Below, piece by piece: positions 1 through 12,035 of a DNA stretch of 64,000 nt (within the stretch, counting starts at the first letter, position 1; every line of letters starts with the position of its first letter). Source of the DNA: Trichoplax adhaerens (lineage: Eukaryota; Animalia; Placozoa); contig NW_002060947.1 in assembly GCF_000150275.1 (NCBI RefSeq), positions 4,445,220 to 4,509,219 of the forward strand, written 5' to 3'. Under the pieces are notes generated by a model. The model made no database searches and was not told the origin of the DNA. It saw only the letters and a program-made list of their open reading frames with translations. A program made the position numbers and the translations under genes.

Positions 1-2456
1 GTTAAACGTTAGTGTTGGTATGGATCACTAGCATAACCAATAAGGTTCGATAACAAATTAAGTGATGTATGTCTAAAAAATAAAATTAAAAAAAAATTAG
101 GTCAATAATTATAATTGATAATTGTTTATATCCAATGTTTTTCTAATATCTGTAAGGCATATGAAGTGGAAGAAGCTTTTAGGTTGGATCAAAAATGTTG
201 TATTACAATAAGTAAATTACCGTGCTGAAGTTATGATATACTTTTCTTGCTCAGTGTCGTTGATAGCATGATTTTAGTTGCCAGTATTTCGTAACTATAT
301 GTATCCACCTTTAACTTTTATGAAGAAATTTGCTTGCAATGGATTCCAAAAATAAATTTTGAATATTTGAATGATAACTTTCTTTACGTATTGCAATGCT
401 TGAACGGATCAGTAATACGTCTGTTATATCGATTTAAATAGGAATATAACGCGAAAGATGACAAGAGCTATAAGCGAATAGATCCGTATTTTATTATCGG
501 ATAACACGCGTCAATTTCCGGTAATGGTTACAAGAATAAAATAGATATGACTAGTAAATGTACAGTTCCAAACCTGGTTAGCTTAGAGAATAGATTTCTA
601 TTAACAGCTATTGTCATTAATGTTATAGAATGTACATTGATCATATCTTGTATCAAAGTATTAATTGTAAAGATTGTACATGAGGTCGCTGTAAAGTCCA
701 CAATCTAACAGTGTCAGACAGAGGCATATGGGTAAGCCATATGGCCTAGTTGACAATATCCTTAATCATAATGTAAGAAATGAAGATAGTAACAATTGCA
801 ATTTGATTAGATCACTTAAAATATGCATTGACTGTATTTAATTAGACAGTATAAAACCGGACCATGATATAATTTTAAAGGTGAATATTTCAACTTTTCA
901 AAATTTAAATGCATGCTCTGCAATTTAATATCTCAAATCAGGTATAGCATAAGAAATAAAAGTTGTTAGAGCAACGTTAATTTACGTAATTTTTTCGTTA
1001 ACCCTTGCAATAGTAGCTTGTGACTGCTTGCTTAGGTAATTTTATTACATTAGTGAATGATATGCTAGAATCAATATTATAGACGAGATGCAGGAATAGA
1101 AAAAGCTGTAACTTTATAAACATATATCATTTTATTTATTTATTCGTAGTGATTGTTCATCTAAGATATTGATTTAATTTAATCCCATGATTGTATGTAA
1201 AATACGTTGTTTGCTTCAACATGATGAAAGTCTATTAATAAAGCAAATAAATGGCTACTGCTATGTTTTACATAACTAATATCAGTATTATACAATATAA
1301 TGTTTATAAGCTATGTACAGCTTGATGTTTACTAGTTGATGTCGCCATTTGTTGAAATTCAGTGTTATTTTATCCCCGCATAATTAATGACTCTGATCTA
1401 GGAATTTAGTTTCATATGCACGAGCCATAATCATTACTTCCTCCCGCGCCTACTGAAATTTTGATATATAGGTAGCTTTTCGACATTTTCTCTTCTTTTT
1501 ATGTAGAACTTTAGATTAACATTTCTCCGATATACTTTGCGTATAAGATTACAAGGTGGACTGTTTGTAGAATTATAGATTTTATGATGTATGCAACGGA
1601 ACTGTTTTAAATTCTAGTTGAAGTTATCTGTCGTTACATTGCCATCATCTTATCAGTTTTTTGTTATTAAATTTAGTATGATGCACTCGTCATCATAAAC
1701 GTGTGTAATTATAAGTAAATGTATACAATTTGCACAAAAATTAATAGAATACAGGAAAATCATAGTTATTATTATTGATATATGAAAGATACTATTAAGG
1801 TAGTTGTTTTATAATTTAAATTTTATTATGTACCGTGCAGTACTGACATACCATAACTACTCGTATATTATCACGGTATTTTCGAAGATAAGCTGTAGAT
1901 GATTTAAAGAATGCTGTATTAGTGTTAAAAATGAATTCATAGAAGTCTAATACCACCGAATTTACTGAATGCTGCAAGAATGAAAATAGATATGATGATA
2001 TTACTACTACAGTGCTATAGGGTTTGGCTCAGGTATGCCGTTTTCAATTTACTTTCTATAGGCTAATTTTAATATCAATTGCTAACCAGCCGCACCTTTA
2101 GTCCTATACGTCTAGATAATCTTCGTGGTTTCTATAGAATGTACTTAATATACACCGATTTTCTATTTATAAAAGCAAACATCTTTCAGATGATGAATAG
2201 ATAGGGCTTGATTGATCTATTGTACAGTATATAAAATATTTAAGCCGCTAACGCTTACAAAATTCGTTGCGAATATAAGAATAAGGGATAAACTTACTGG
2301 ATGTATCAGAATTGATAAAGTTTTGCTGAAAAAGAGAATATAATTGCAGATACAGCATTTGATAGAAAACTATTAAGGCTAAATTTACAAGAATTTATAG
2401 ATATGCACTTATGCTATTTCCATTAATCCATCTTTTCCTTTCGCATTGTCTTATAG

Positions 2457-3350
2457 ACAAAGAAATTATATCGCATACAATTTGAGAGTTTGCGAGCTCA
2501 ATCAGTTTGAGTATATAATATCTTTGGCAATGTTAGTACTAGCCTATAGATAGAATTATATTATAGACGAACGCTTAATTGTAACTCTGGTCTTGATAAA
2601 AGGAGAATATATCGTATGCTAGTAATAAATCGATAATCCATACCATGTAGTGTAAGGTATCATTCTCACTAATTATCACCAAGTTCATCTGATTTGAAAT
2701 GCTCAATACTTTGTTTTGTGTAGAATTTATCTTCAAAGTCGTTCCAAATGAGTTTCCGGCTAGTGAAAGGATTAATTAAGATTTTAATGACATTTTTGGC
2801 CTAGCTAAGTATATTGAAAGATGAGATAAGTATACTTAGAATCTATTTCCTTCACACTTCGATATCACATAGCATGCAGATATGCAGCTTCATCTTTCGC
2901 GTATTTTACTTTTCGTTTAGAATGCGGAACATCATTAATATACTTTAAGGGCTTTAATATCTCGTAAACAAGAAAAATTATACCGCTGTTATCTTTGTTA
3001 TGTTTAACAGATATTTCAGGGGCTAATTCTAAATAGTTTTTTCAAGATTGTGATTGAATTTAGAATTATACACTATGCTGGTGTGCTATTTGAGCAATAA
3101 TGATAGCACTTTAATTAGCGCTTTAACGCAATTGGAGGATTTTTTCTTAAAGATAAGTTATTATAAAATTATGTATGTATTGTTTGTGTAGGTCCAGCTG
3201 TTACACTTATGACTATTAACAATTGTCCTTAAGTATATATACTTGGTGGATCACTTTGATTTGACTATCCTGTCCCTAAATTTACGATCTTTTTTATCTA
3301 GTAAATGAAATATTACCTGGTACCAGCCTGTACTATAAATAGTTCTACAG
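2457..3350 (+). pseudogene. Possible decayed multi-exon gene
   Basis: Regularly spaced AG..GT-bounded segments with protein-like translations interrupted by stops (FIFKVVPNEFPASERIN*DFNDIFGLAKYIER*, CGTSLIYFKGFNIS, PAVTLMTINNCP*VYILGGSL*FDYPVP); no family recognised. Confidence 0.2.
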
Positions 3351-5470
3351 GTAGGCAATCTTAATCGCAGGTATATTTATATTTCATACATACTGTGTTG
3401 TTCTTCATGTTTATCTCTCTATCTTGTATATATTTTATCTAATGGGGAGACCGTTAATGATTAAGAATACCGCCATAAGCAAGAACGTAAATAGGCTTCT
3501 TACGACACTGGTTCCGGTATGTTAATGGCAGTCGATTTTTGCTGGATAGTTGCCATCTTGAGCTATTAGATATTAAGTTATATTTAAATAATATAGAATT
3601 AGTAAACGCTATAAGTTATAATGTTTAGCTTGTTAACATAACCTATCGGATTTCCTCTTTTGAATTAGAATTTAAGATATTTAAATTATAGGATTAATAA
3701 GATTATAAGTCATGTTGTATAGCTTGCTAACGTAAACTGTCGATTTGCTTATTTCAGATTACAATTAAGAAAAAGGCCCATTTAATTTAATTCTATTGAT
3801 GTTGCATGATATTAAGGCCAATAAAGTTCAATTTTTTTGCAATACATTGTTCGAGTTAATATTGATTTGTTATAATTACAGTAAAATTGAACAGAAGCTG
3901 CTCATATAATAATTAATGGACACCTGGAAAATGTTCTTCCTATCGCAATGATAATTGACTCACTACTATTTTCAGTTACAATATTCTTTTTGAAAGTGTT
4001 TAAAGCGATTTCTAGCTGGAAATAAATACATACTCATGGCTTTTATTCTAATTTTTAATTTTTATATTCGTACACCGATTATAAATACTACACTATGTAG
4101 GATGTTAGTACAGATTGTAATAGAACTTATTGGTGATAGGACTAGCCAGTAAAACATTTTTCTTTTTCAGTGGCAATGGCATTATAAATTAATGAGCAAT
4201 CCCTGCTATTGAGAGATTGCATGTTCAGCATCTTAATAAAGCTGGGCGATGACGTGAAAATTTAAGTGGGCATTCTGCATGTGCAGCGTGCAGCTTAATC
4301 ATGCACATCAACTAATAAAATGCAAGCATTAACAACGATGTTAACTATACACTGGGTAGCAATCTTGAGTATTATACTTTACTAACATATGGATAGCAAA
4401 CATAAAACGTTACTGTATAGTAATCAGTTGATATTAGATTATAATATTAGAACAAAAGCGACTTATGGGATCATCATATTATAGGTTTGTAATACTTGGA
4501 AATATTGAACATTTACTAAGCACAAATAAATATAAAAATCCTTGCGCTGTATCTAATTATATACTAGGGCACTAAATTTACACTAAAAGCAAATATTACA
4601 AGCTTTGCTGTAAATTTTCTACCATAATTCTATTAAAACGCAGTCAAATATTTTGCGAAAAATTTGTACTAAAGTGGTAATAGAGTAAAATTTTTGGTTG
4701 TATCAAGTTTTGTTATCTTCATCGTAGTAGACGTCAGGTTCATTAACCGATAGAGAGAGATAAATTGAATATGAGGCATCCGAAGAAGAGACAATAATCA
4801 GGTTTTGACAGACAAACCCTAATGTTACAAATTTAAGGTGAAATTTTGGATCATATGTTATGATTACGCGAATACTCACTCCATTTTATATCTTTGCAAT
4901 TTAATATTAGAGTCTTTGTTAATTCAAGGTGTAATTTTCTTTCATATATGTGTTGTGATTATCCTACAGTATCTGATATTGTTATAGCTCAATATTACAG
5001 TCTTTGATAATTTGATTCCGAATTTGGATTTTTCCAACGATACTTATAGCAGTAATATGAAATATGAAAGGATCTATACTTGGAATACAAGAACGTCTTG
5101 TGTATCTAGTAGGCTTTTGCTATACCAATTCATACTAAACCGGAAATTTTGAGGGCAACAATTATTAAAATTCGCTCGATTTTATTGTTCTATTAAAATG
5201 TGATATCTTAACGCCTAAATAAGAGCTCGTTTCTTTGAAATTAGTTACTGTATAAATCATCTATTATCCAGCTACTAACATAGCTACGTCTTTTATTTTG
5301 TAACTACGCCCGTGCATCCAATGTATACCCTAACCCAAACATATACATATATTGCAAGAGAGTCCTACGAGAGGGGAAGGGAGGGAATTGCGGCTATGTA
5401 TGAGCTGTAAACTATCACCAATTTATAATTCTGAAAAAGCTTGTTTAATTCTGTTATTTTTATTCTGACT

Positions 5471-5865
5471 TACTGTAAATATCGTAACAAAAACCCGTTA
5501 GACAATCTGGGGGAGGAGGGCTAAAGTGTCGATTTTAATAGCTGTAATGCAGATCTTGCTTATGATAGTCATATCATTGGAAGTAGCATTTTCTTTACAA
5601 GTTCCCAATCGGATGATATACAGTAAGCCTATAGATAGCAATTTAATTTAAATTGGTTTTAGTATGCTTTGACAGGGCATAAAGGCGCATTACCGACTTG
5701 TTGTAAGTCTGTCAGTATCGTCACATACTGTGGCTCGTTAGACAATCTGGGGGGGGGGGAGCAAAGTGTCGAATTTAATAACTGTAATGTAGATCTTGCT
5801 GATGAAAGTCATATATCATTCGAAGCAGCATTTTCCTTACAAGTTCTTGATCAAATGATGTATAG
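5471..5865. repeat. Diverged direct repeat, ~150 bp, period 240
   Basis: gttagacaatctggggg..aaagtgtcga..tttaata.ctgtaatg.agatcttgct..agtcatat at 5497 and 5737. Confidence 0.85.
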
Positions 5866-6692
5866 TCAATAATAAGGATAATCATAATTTCGTAAGATTT
5901 GAATATGATTTCGGACGTTTATTAAATACTAATTGAACTATTTACTGTGGTTAATATTGAACCACATAACATTTTACAAGGCTTAGTATAGAATTTCATA
6001 TTAATCATTATAACATATTATACTGTAATCCAATGGCTTAATTAGCTAATAGTCTAATTTCAGGATTTATCCGTAGCTTTGTACCCGTTTGAGTACGAAG
6101 TTCAGTGTATTTACGAAATGCCTAGTCAGTTCGTAAAATGCAAAAATATCAAAATATGTCAATCAGTGAAATCGTCTTTCTATATAAATTAGAGAAACTA
6201 TCTTTATTCATGGAGTAATATTGCTAAAAAAAAGCAGCGAATTTACATTTCTTTGATGATTATAATAATAATAATAATAATAGACTAATTGAAATATTCA
6301 ATACATATGTAACTTGCAATTACTTCCGTAATTGCCAATCATTGAGATATACTGTTATCAATGAAGTCGTTATCATTGAATTGATAATGTTCTGATTCTG
6401 AAAATTATTCTTTATTTTTACACGTTGTATGAAATTTACTGTTACACTTAATATTAGCCTTCAAGCATTTGCATCGGTTGATAATGAATACAGCATGTAT
6501 GGCATTTTGCAAATTGACTAGGCATTTGGCGAATGGACTGGATTTTGCACTTGGACGGTAACAGCTGTAGCTGCATACAGTAGAAAGCGTGTCATTCATC
6601 CTTCCCGATGATTGAAATGATATGAAATTATAATTTTAAAATTTCGTAATCAAAAATGGAGAAAAATCAATTTCTGCTGCATATTCAAACTC

Positions 6693-6822
6693 TACTTGTA
6701 CGTACAGTACGTATAGAGTGTAGAGTGTAGAGTGTAGAGTGTACAGTACTGTACACTCTCTCAGTGCACAGTGTACAGTGTACAGTACTGCAGTAGGACT
6801 GTACTCTACCGTACTGTATGAC
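6693..6822. promoter_or_regulatory. TACAG/CTGTA-rich box upstream of DDIAS
   Basis: (gtagagt)n and (gtacagt)n runs plus the palindrome gtacagtactgtac, ~470 bp before ATG 7294. Function inferred from position. Confidence 0.55.
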
Positions 6823-7293
6823 TGCAAGTCGCAGAGAACTGTGCCATGTCGCATTCATAGCCACATTACAAGTCGTATTGTATGTAGATTGGGAAAAATG
6901 ATTTTCTTACATTCTTACGCTAAACCTGACTTCTAATTATAATTATTAATTAATTTATGAATTAATTGATGAAGTAATTACGATGTATATGGCTGATGGA
7001 CTGGATAGTAATGCTTTTAATAAACAACAAATAATCTAACCTTGAATTAGAATATATGAATATTAAATTGGACGTGGACATGGAATGATAAATACAGTAT
7101 TCTTCCCAATCTGTGTAGTCTTACGTAACATTGGAAAAATTGAAGGGGTTATCGAAACGTACTGTAGAAACCGCGACTGGCAATGATCCTTATTTTCATA
7201 ACTGGATCACTTGTCATCGATTAATAAATAGGAGAGCGGACATAGTGACTGTATTTGGTCAAGACAAGACTTACTTCTGCCATAAACTTGCTA

Positions 7294-9882
7294 ATGGCCG
7301 AGCAAGATATTCACTTGATTGTTTGCGTTTTATCTGTCGGCCAGCAGTTATATTATCCAGCTTGTCAACACTGCTTCGTAAGATTAAGAACTCAAAATAA
7401 CAGGTGATAAAATTTAAAATTCACGTTGCTTTACAGAATTCATACTACAACTAATTCATGATAGTGATTGATGCTTACGAAGCTCTATCAGTGACGATAA
7501 ACGCGTATACAGTAGTCTACTGTACAATTTACTAATAGAAACGATCTCGAATAGATGATATCATGACATTTTTTGCTTGATGAAATGCACTATTCTGTAC
7601 AAGTACAACACAGTAAATGCGTAGTAGTACGATCGATCAATGCTGTACTTATTAATGAATGTGTAATTTGATGGAGGTGAATCAGTTAAAGTTCGATCGA
7701 TTCGATGATGGACTATCAAAAGTAGCATTTGATATCGAAAGAATGTACACGATAGGAACAAACTTATTGCTATAGATGTCGACTACAGCAATTGACATTT
7801 TCCTATGATGGTAATGCCGATAGTATGCATGGAAAGCAATTCAATAAGCAAGAATTTGACGGAGATTGGAGTTATACAGTTACTGTCGGCTTAGTACTTA
7901 CCTAAGTATTAGTAACCAAGGTGATTTTAATATCTCCTTAGGCTAATATGCCCTCGATGCAAGCAAGTCTACTGTGATCAGCAAATTTGTTATCGCTATA
8001 GGCTCAAGCTAAACGTAACTGACCAAGATTCTATTGCTGATGTTACTTTATTTGGTAAGTGTGTGGAGAATGTTATTGGTAGAACAGCGACAGAACTACA
8101 TAGGTGAGAAGATAAAGTAAAATTGCCATATAAAATTTGATTCAAAATTCATTCTTGTATTTCTGTTATTGATCGGGTCTTACTATCTCGTACTGTAGGA
8201 TGCTATCCACTCGACAATCTCGATATGACAAGAGCCTTGCTAATATCTTGCAATATATCATTAATTATTATTTTATTGGTTCAATGATCGAGCTGTCGTT
8301 TTCATCCCATCGCTACAATGGCAAAGTAAAATGCCAGCATTTGTCGGACATTAAAGTAAAGCAAACACGTGTCTCCAATTTTTATACGGGTGAGCAGAAA
8401 CTTCAAATCAATACTGTACAATGAATTGTTGTAATATGCATAACATTTTGATATATAATCAGTTTAGCATGCTATAAAAACGATTTAACATGTGTTCATG
8501 ATAAGACGTCGTCATGAATTAATTTCGATGCTGTCATAATTCACATAATAGGTTGTTATCCATCTTTTATTGCTACAAAAATTGAACCTGTCAGCACTAG
8601 AAAATGCACAGTGATTGAAGAATTCGAAAATGCACTTTCGCAAATGCAATGTGCTTGTTCAAAGACTAGTACTGACATCGACCACGTAGAAGGTGGTAAC
8701 TTTGACGGCCCAAGTGGTGAAACTTTCAACAATAGTGATTGGCAAGTTTTATTATGGGATAGTGAAGAATGGAAATTGGATGAGATCGAAACAAATGACA
8801 TACCTTCAGAAGGATTGTCAGAAGCTAAGGAATTGTTAAATACTAATTTTAGTACAACTGCTAAGGAATCAGATACTTTTAAACTGAATAATCATCAGTG
8901 GAATACAAGCAACACTGCAGAATATAGCTATAATAAAACTTGGGTTTCAGCCTCTCCTCCTTCTTTAAACCTAACTTGCTGTAGCTGCGGTCATGATGTT
9001 ACGGTGGTATCTAATTTAGAACGTAGTTGGCTACAAAACAATGTATCAATATCCCCCGGCATGGATAATCAATCAATGAGTTGGTTTAGTGATTATGGCT
9101 TTAATCATAAAGATTGTAATATTAGTGTACGAGTGAAAGATAAGAACGATAAAGAAGAGGTAATACCGGGTGTTAATTTATCTAATCATAATGGTGAAAC
9201 TCAAACTAATTTTGTCGAACAAAACGTAACATTTAGTAGCAGTAATGATTCTATCAGGCCGGTAAGCCATCCGGTTACATGTTCATCGCCAAGGCAGACA
9301 AATGATGAATCTTTGCCTTCGGAGACTTTACTACTGTACTCACGTTGCAATTCCAGCGATAGTATCAAAGATGATCATACAGGTTCCAGCGATTCCGGTT
9401 GTAATCAGAATTATATTTTCTGCCGATCGGATACGAGAGACACACTATTGCTATTTTCACCGATTAATACAGCCGAAATTGTAAACGATTCGAATCAGCA
9501 AACAGGCCGCAAGCGGCGAAGAACGTCTCATGTCAATCTTTCTCGCAGGAAAGAATTGTATAAGGAAAATGTTGTTGCAAAATCTAGCGCTTGGGATTCT
9601 AATATTAATGTCGACCAAAAGAAATTGTCGTTAGTGTTTACTCCTAGTGAAAAATTAGATGCAAATGATTATGATAGCGAAACGTTATTTTTATTTTCTC
9701 AGAATAATACCAGTGCAAGTTCGCAACATTTCCAAGATATTACGACCACAGCTAATCAGGATCAAGGTCCAGTATCCCGTACGAATAAGCGCTACAGTTG
9801 TAATGACCAAAATGCAGGTTACGTTGGTATAACTCCAAGTAGCACCCTGAAGCGAAAGCTATTCAAGGCAGAGAATGCATAA
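7294..9882 (+). CDS. DDIAS: DDIAS/noxin-like protein (N-terminal RPA1C-like OB fold with Cys zinc motif, long low-complexity C-terminus); exons 7294-7403, 7942-8103, 8199-8389, 8552-9882
   Basis: GT-AG exons join in phase to MAEQDIHLIVCVLSVGQQLYYPACQHCFVRL..LICPRCKQ..YRYRLKLNVTDQDSIADVTLFGKCVENVIGRTATELHR..YYFIGS..FIATKIEP..CTVIEEF, matching the DDIAS N-terminal pattern (YPsCqkCfsR, CPkC, YRYkLsLkV, vTvFGscld.ffG.tAt.Lhr, TVid.f). The last exon is the 423-aa Ser/Asn-rich ORF. Confidence 0.82.
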
Positions 9883-10516
9883 AGATACTATAGTTACTAT
9901 TTGGAGTTGAAAATAATTTCATATGAATTACCGTAAATATTTTTATAAGATCCATAGCTCGTTTCTTAAGCGTTGAAGTAATTCGATGTCATTAATGCAA
10001 TTTCGATTTATTTAATTTATAAACGCCTGTATACACTACAGATTATGACTACTTTGAAGGTAATAATTTATTATATAGTAATTATATATAATTATTTATT
10101 GAGCATGTATTGTTATATACTATACTGTAATTTTGCACCTTTTACAATACTAATATCCCTTATTGACAGTAACTATAGTAATTTTTCGGTTATTTTGGGT
10201 AGACAAAGTCAAGAGATAGTTTTAAATATACGTATACAGTGTAGTGAGATGGCCAAGATTGCGCCATTACTATTACTTATTTTTGGTATGTACATTTATG
10301 CCCACAATAAAAGTTCGGCGTATAACATACATGCATTTTACTGGTCGCTACTGATGTATTAATCGTTTTGGGATCTGCTAAAAGTCCACTATGCTATATT
10401 GAAAGACCTTTATTCGCAGCAGTGAGCACTTATTGAGTAAGTGCTGGGGCGTGTAGTTGTGATTGAAGTACAATTAAAATGTAATCTACTGTAATGTGAG
10501 ACATGTTAAACTCGAA

Positions 10517-10995
10517 AGAAAGTGGTAGTTCTAGCTTATTTTAAACAGTTCTAGTTTACACAATCCTGAGTGCTACAAGTATTACTCTATCAACAAAAAT
10601 TGGTATGTAAGTATAATGGGATAGAGGTTCATCAAAGAGAAATCATTTTTCTCTTGATGTTACTTTATCAGAAGTGGTAGTTCTAGCCTATTTTAAGCAG
10701 TTGTAGCGTAGTCATACTTCAATAAACAATCCTGATTGCTATAGGTATTACTTCGTCTACAAAAATTGATATGCAAGTATGATAGGATAGAGGTTCATTG
10801 AAGGAAAGTATTTCTCTTATCGTTACTTGATCAGAAGTGGTAGTTCTGGCCTCTATTAAGCACTTCTACTTTAGATCACAGTTCGTTAAACAATCCTGAT
10901 TGCCACAGGTACTGCTCCATCAACAAAATTGGTATGTAAGTATAATAGGATAGAAGCTCATCGAAGTGATAGCGTTTCTCTTGTTGTTACTTCTT
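10517..10995. repeat. Tandem repeat, 3 diverged copies, period 152-163 bp
   Basis: agtggtagttct at 10521, 10673 and 10836, each followed by acaatcctga..aaaattg.tatg.aagtat.at.ggatag. Confidence 0.9.
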
Positions 10996-12035
10996 TACGA
11001 TAAAATGAAAATGATTTTAAATATAAGGAATACAATATTACTATCGTTAGCAGTACTTTATAGTACGACTTATAATGCGCAAGTTAGCCTTAATATGCAG
11101 GATGGCTTCTAGTGCTTCAGTTGCTTCATTTCTTCTCATACTCACTTTTACCCATGTCAAAAGTAAAGTACATGTACTGATGTGCATGAGTTGTTATTGA
11201 TTGATAGACTTTAGATCGTGGATCTATTATTACTAATAGAGCCAGTTAGCAGCAATGTAGTCCATGGCTATAGTTACCATCGTTAGCATACGTATTTTGG
11301 ACAAAAGAGAAAATGATCATTAACTATTAGCATTCTTGAGATATACGCTACTGTGTAATTTTGACTAGTGCAATCTCAAGCTAAGATAATAATGAATATA
11401 TGAAAGTCTAAATTCTTTTAGATTGGTACATTATGGTAAGATTTAAAGACATCTATTGATTAATCTCAAGGATGCTGTATACGGATGGATGATTGGTTAC
11501 TTAATATTTTAAGATCGCGACTTGCCGCTAGAGTTAGGGTAAATCTTTATTTTAAATTACAATTTTATAAATAACTATGAAACACGACTAATTTCTAATC
11601 AGCTGATTTGACAAAATTTTCCTTTCGTCTTCAGCATTACGCTGTAATTTTTTAGGGTATACAGAATAAAATTAGAAGTTACAAACATTAGTCTCCTTCA
11701 CAATATGAAATTACTTTAATTACAAATTTATGCGAGGTGTAATCGTGCTATTTCTGAATTATTACTTGTTTTTGTACATCAGTAAGATCTTAATAAGTGT
11801 TGAAATCCTTGCATTCGAGATATAATATACAACATAAGTAAATTTGTTGACACCTATACAGTATTGGTACGAATAAATAAATACTTCAAAATAATCGATC
11901 GCTTTTAATGAATGGCTACTAAAATTCAGTTTTCCTTCCATGTGAGTAGTAGTTCTTTTCCAAGTTCGTTTACGAAAAGTGATTCCATGGACCTCAGTAA
12001 AGGATAGAATGCATTACAGAGTTTTATAAGACAGC

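Noticed and set aside
6636-6936. Short ORFs rich in T/V/Y/S/C/L here and at 19565-20016, 27615-28708, 28875-29230, 52158-52355, 63048-63937
   Set aside because: They are translations of the TACAG/CTGTA boxes, which are poor in stop codons; no protein family features.
7131-7400. 89-aa ORF with a faint BTB-like look (TYFCHKL)
   Set aside because: It overlaps DDIAS exon 1 in another frame; the DDIAS frame splices in phase and matches a known family.
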